49,737 bases of DNA from a virus. Lineage: Duplodnaviria; Caudoviricetes. This document shows positions 46,890 through 49,737 of the stretch, in pieces. The first letter of the stretch is position 1. Every line of letters begins with the position of its first letter. Made by a program: the position numbers and the translations under genes. The notes beneath the pieces were generated by a model. It made no database searches. It saw only the letters and a list, made by a program, of their open reading frames with translations, and was not told the DNA's origin. The stretch is from positions 1-49,737 of IMG/VR virus record IMGVR_UViG_3300031453_000082; one strand, given 5' to 3'.

Positions 46890-47987
46890 TCAGGCCTCGT
46901 CCACCTTGAAAGTCCGCTCGTCTCCGCTGGGTCGCAGCATCTTCCAGATGATCGGGGCGGGGTCTTTGCCTGTGGCAACTGCAAACATGATCGGAGCCAC
47001 GTCCTTATGCTCCCCTATTGCATACAGGGCGAAAGCTTTCTTGCTGGCCGGGTGGTCGAAGTTGCGCTCACCCTGATAGCCGGCCAGCGCTTCGTCTGCT
47101 GTCCCGGCGATCTCCGCATAGGCATCTCGCAGCTTCTTTTCGAGGCCGTCTATCCATGCACGGAAGCCATCGGGAGCGGTTGCGGTCAGGGTTCCTACGT
47201 CCTGCCCATCCCGCAGCATCTCCCACACCGTTACCGCGTTGGTCTGCGTCAACAGGCGGTGAAGTTGGCAGTAAGTCTCGTACTTGATCTTGACCCTAAG
47301 CGGCGTGGCGTTGGGCCTCGGCCATGACGCGACGTAGCCTTCCTCGTTTGGGTCGTCTTCGGCGGCGCACTGAGCCAGAGGCCGATCAAACTCCTCCACC
47401 AAGCGCAGGTATGGGTGCAACTCGACAAAACGACGGAGGTAGTTACGGTCCACCTCTACGCCGGTCGCGTTCCGCACGATGGCTAATAGGACGAGCCCCG
47501 CGTAGGGGTAGCGCACAACGATTTGATTCTCGGGATAAACGATCTCGAAGAGCGCGGTCGCATCGGGTTCAAGCCAAAGTTTTCCTCGACGCGCAAGCCA
47601 CGCCGTTGCCCACATCGCCTGCTCGCTGCTGAAGGAGCCCCGTGTCGCTATCCCTCCAGGGTACGATATTCCCAAACTGCCGTCCATCTTTCGCGTCAGC
47701 AACGGAGGGGACGATGGCAGGTTCTCAGTCAAAGTCTCGGGATGGCGGGCGTCGTTGAGGTTCCAGAACTTCTCGAATGGGCGGGATACGACCTCAAGCG
47801 TTTCGCTGTCGTAGATGATCCCTCTGCACTTGTTGGTAACGTGGTTCCAATGCTCTGGCGTGAAGGTAGCCACCTGCGTGTAGTTCAAGATTGCGAGCGG
47901 AAAGATGGGGTGAACTTGCCGCTTCACCATCTTCTTTTCGATCTGGCCCTGAAGCTCTGCTTCCGTGAATAGGTCGAACAGCTTCAT
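46890..47987 (-). CDS. T4 Rnl1-like RNA ligase
   Basis: CRGII, RPFEKFWN, KMDGSLG (adenylated Lys), ATRGSF.SEQA, LFEIVYPEN.IVV.Y, EEGYV, RVKIK; start ATG 47987 with GAGGAG RBS. Confidence 0.92.
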   Translation of the reverse strand: MKLFDLFTEAELQGQIEKKMVKRQVHPIFPLAILNYTQVATFTPEHWNHVTNKCRGIIYDSETLEVVSRPFEKFWNLNDARHPETLTENLPSSPPLLTRKMDGSLGISYPGGIATRGSFSSEQAMWATAWLARRGKLWLEPDATALFEIVYPENQIVVRYPYAGLVLLAIVRNATGVEVDRNYLRRFVELHPYLRLVEEFDRPLAQCAAEDDPNEEGYVASWPRPNATPLRVKIKYETYCQLHRLLTQTNAVTVWEMLRDGQDVGTLTATAPDGFRAWIDGLEKKLRDAYAEIAGTADEALAGYQGERNFDHPASKKAFALYAIGEHKDVAPIMFAVATGKDPAPIIWKMLRPSGDERTFKVDEA

Positions 47988-48838
47988 CAGAACTCCTCGC
48001 AGTCGCCGCGCACGGGAAACACGCGGACATTGTTTGCTCGCCACACCTCGCGGATCACCGTCGGGCGGTCGTCGATGGCGAAGGCTATCTTGTCCTTGGG
48101 GATGTACTTTAGGATGTCATTCTTGACCATTACGTCCGGGCGTTTATCTCCCCCGGAGCGCATGAACAGCCACTCGTAAGGGATCTGGTGATACGCGAGC
48201 CACCCGACAGTCTCACGCCCATAAGTGTCCGGTCGTCCAGACACCAAGCAAACCATGTAATCTTCGGCCAGAGCGCGCACCCAGCGGACAACAATGTCGA
48301 TAGGCGAATCAGCGGACAGGATCTTGTAGTACGAGGCCCAATCTTTCGTTGGCCCGGTTACGAAGTGCTCCCGATGCCTGCCATCGGCTAGAGTTCCGTC
48401 AATGTCACAGAGAACGGTAGGCCGGTGCCACGAGATAAGGCCATTAGCCAAGGCAAGGCGATCTATCACCGCTCGCCCGACAGACCGCTCTCTAATCCGG
48501 TCGCGATTTCGGCATTCCTCCACCGAAACATCCAGAGCCTCTGTCTCGAAATGCTCCCCCGCGTCCTTTGCCACGTTCCGCCACATATCGCGGTGTCGCT
48601 CTGATAGATTCGTGTCGTCGATGATGGCGTTCATTTGGTTCTTGAAAAGGGCTCCGGCTATCGCCTTCTCGCAGTCGATAACCGCCTGCTCTCTCCTCCC
48701 GGTCCATACCGAGTCGAAAAGCATGGCCCTTAGATCATCCCGGTTGATGCGGCCCGAGTTGCCGGTGGTGCGAACCAATTCCCGCGCGCGGGTGGTCTTG
48801 CCCGAAGCGGGCAAGCCCTTCATCATCGTTAACTTCAT
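47987..48838 (-). CDS. T4 PseT-like polynucleotide 5'-kinase/3'-phosphatase
   Basis: P-loop GLPASGKTT, RINRDDLR, IIDDTN; HAD DIDGT, SGR, K and DDR; GGAGG RBS. Confidence 0.93.
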   Translation of the reverse strand: MKLTMMKGLPASGKTTRARELVRTTGNSGRINRDDLRAMLFDSVWTGRREQAVIDCEKAIAGALFKNQMNAIIDDTNLSERHRDMWRNVAKDAGEHFETEALDVSVEECRNRDRIRERSVGRAVIDRLALANGLISWHRPTVLCDIDGTLADGRHREHFVTGPTKDWASYYKILSADSPIDIVVRWVRALAEDYMVCLVSGRPDTYGRETVGWLAYHQIPYEWLFMRSGGDKRPDVMVKNDILKYIPKDKIAFAIDDRPTVIREVWRANNVRVFPVRGDCEEF

Positions 48839-49047
48839 TCAGCCCTCCCTAAAGGCCATCTCTACGGCCTTCCCGTTCGCTTCCCGCACTCCGCCCCTAG
48901 TGGCTGTTTTGGTGGCTGCTTCAAGACGCGTTACATGCGCGCATAGGTCCGCACATGCTAGCCGGGTGCGCGGTCGAGAATGATGCCTAAGTCCTTGTTG
49001 TGCGTGTAGCTGCGGCATTGTGCGGCTCCTTGCAAGAAGATGGTGGC

Positions 49048-49109
49048 GCGGACTTAAAATCCGCAGACCATAAACGGTCGTGGGGGTTCAAGTCCCCCTC
49101 CGGGCACCA
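49048..49109 (+). other. att duplication: 3' part of tRNA-Leu(TAA) (anticodon arm, variable arm, T arm, acceptor 3' strand, CCA), without the 5' part
   Basis: GCGGA-CTTAAAA-TCCGC, GACC-N6-GGTC, GGGGG-TTCAAGT-CCCCC, TCCGGGC-ACCA; no GCCCGGA or D arm upstream. Confidence 0.88.
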
Positions 49110-49371
49110 ATAACGAAGCCGGGATTTCGGAATAAGTGGCACTCAAATCCGCAGACCGTGTTAGACGGAATAGGTTCATCAAGATGGTGGATCAGGTAAT
49201 GCCCAGAAAGGATTCCACGCTAGACATCACCTAGGAAATATTTAAACATAGATTGTGCGCACTGCACCGGCTCTGTCCGGGGCCTTCTGCTGAAATGACA
49301 AGTTGAAACTGCACCACTACCCCGGACTGCTGAGGCTGTGATGTTCGGTGGTGCGATGCTATGATGACGGT

Positions 49372-49737
49372 GTGAATATAGCATCTCTCTTCGTTGCCTT
49401 CGCCGCTACTCTCTCTTCAGCTCAAACCCCAGAACGCGTCAGGCTCTACGCCGTCGACAAGGTAAGCGACATATCTGTTCGGAGTCCGTTTGGTCGGCAG
49501 GAGAGCGGAGAACACCACACCGCCCCCCTGATTATCGCCGCCTTCGCAAAGAGTTGTCCTGCCGTGACGTTCACGGAGGTACAGGCAAACGCGGACTACA
49601 CGGTGAGCGCTAATTCGGCGAGCTCGACCCTAACCGATCGCAAAGGAGATGTGGTCTACGTCTCCCCGGCCCGGACCGCGAAGAACTTCGTCAAGGACAT
49701 CTGCAGGTACGTAAGTGAGCACCCAGTTATCCACTAG
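49372..49737 (+). CDS. Probable host secreted hypothetical protein, likely leaderless
   Basis: Signal-like MNIASLFVAFAATLSSA|Q; TGCTATGAT extended -10 at 49357-49365 ends 6 nt before GTG. Confidence 0.55.
   Translation: MNIASLFVAFAATLSSAQTPERVRLYAVDKVSDISVRSPFGRQESGEHHTAPLIIAAFAKSCPAVTFTEVQANADYTVSANSASSTLTDRKGDVVYVSPARTAKNFVKDICRYVSEHPVIH

Larger units (their letters stand above)
1..49109. mobile_element. Lambda-like temperate prophage (siphovirus-type) integrated at a tRNA-Leu(TAA) gene; left att lies outside the window
   Basis: Integrase at the left end, tRNA 3'-fragment at the right end, and a complete ordered set of recombination, replication, packaging, head, tail and endolysin genes. 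Confidence 0.93.

Noticed and set aside
49020-49109. Intact tRNA-Leu gene
   Set aside because: The acceptor 5' strand (GCCCGGA) and D arm are missing, so this is the displaced 3' att copy

Overview
Nearly the whole window (about 1-49109) is a single lambda-like, long-tailed (siphovirus-type) temperate prophage. A tyrosine integrase sits at the left edge. The displaced 3' part of a tRNA-Leu(TAA) gene (att duplication, 49048-49109) marks the right boundary, followed by about 0.6 kb of probable host DNA. Modules in order: int and Xis/AlpA-like HTH (leftward); an early operon with a miniature ice-nucleation-protein-like gene, YqaJ exonuclease, HNH-AP2, RecT, a secreted-peptide/receiver-domain pair and replication genes; a C5 methyltransferase with a nested alternative-frame ORF; nucleases, HTHs and membrane proteins; a lambda-type cos site, terminase, head and tail genes with a -1 frameshift chaperone; three very large proteins in the tail-fibre position that all begin with Sec-type signal peptides; an M15 endolysin; and a leftward T4-like Pnk plus Rnl1 RNA-repair pair next to att. 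The most unusual observations are the signal-peptide-bearing tail-fibre locus, which shares a 44-bp promoter-like repeat with the head operon; the compact InaZ-like protein; the unannotated peptide plus receiver pair; the EcoHK31I-beta-like nested ORF; and the att-adjacent Pnk/Rnl1 pair. Family assignments come from motif recognition by eye and from memory, and no database search was run. An Acidobacteriota host is only a weak inference.
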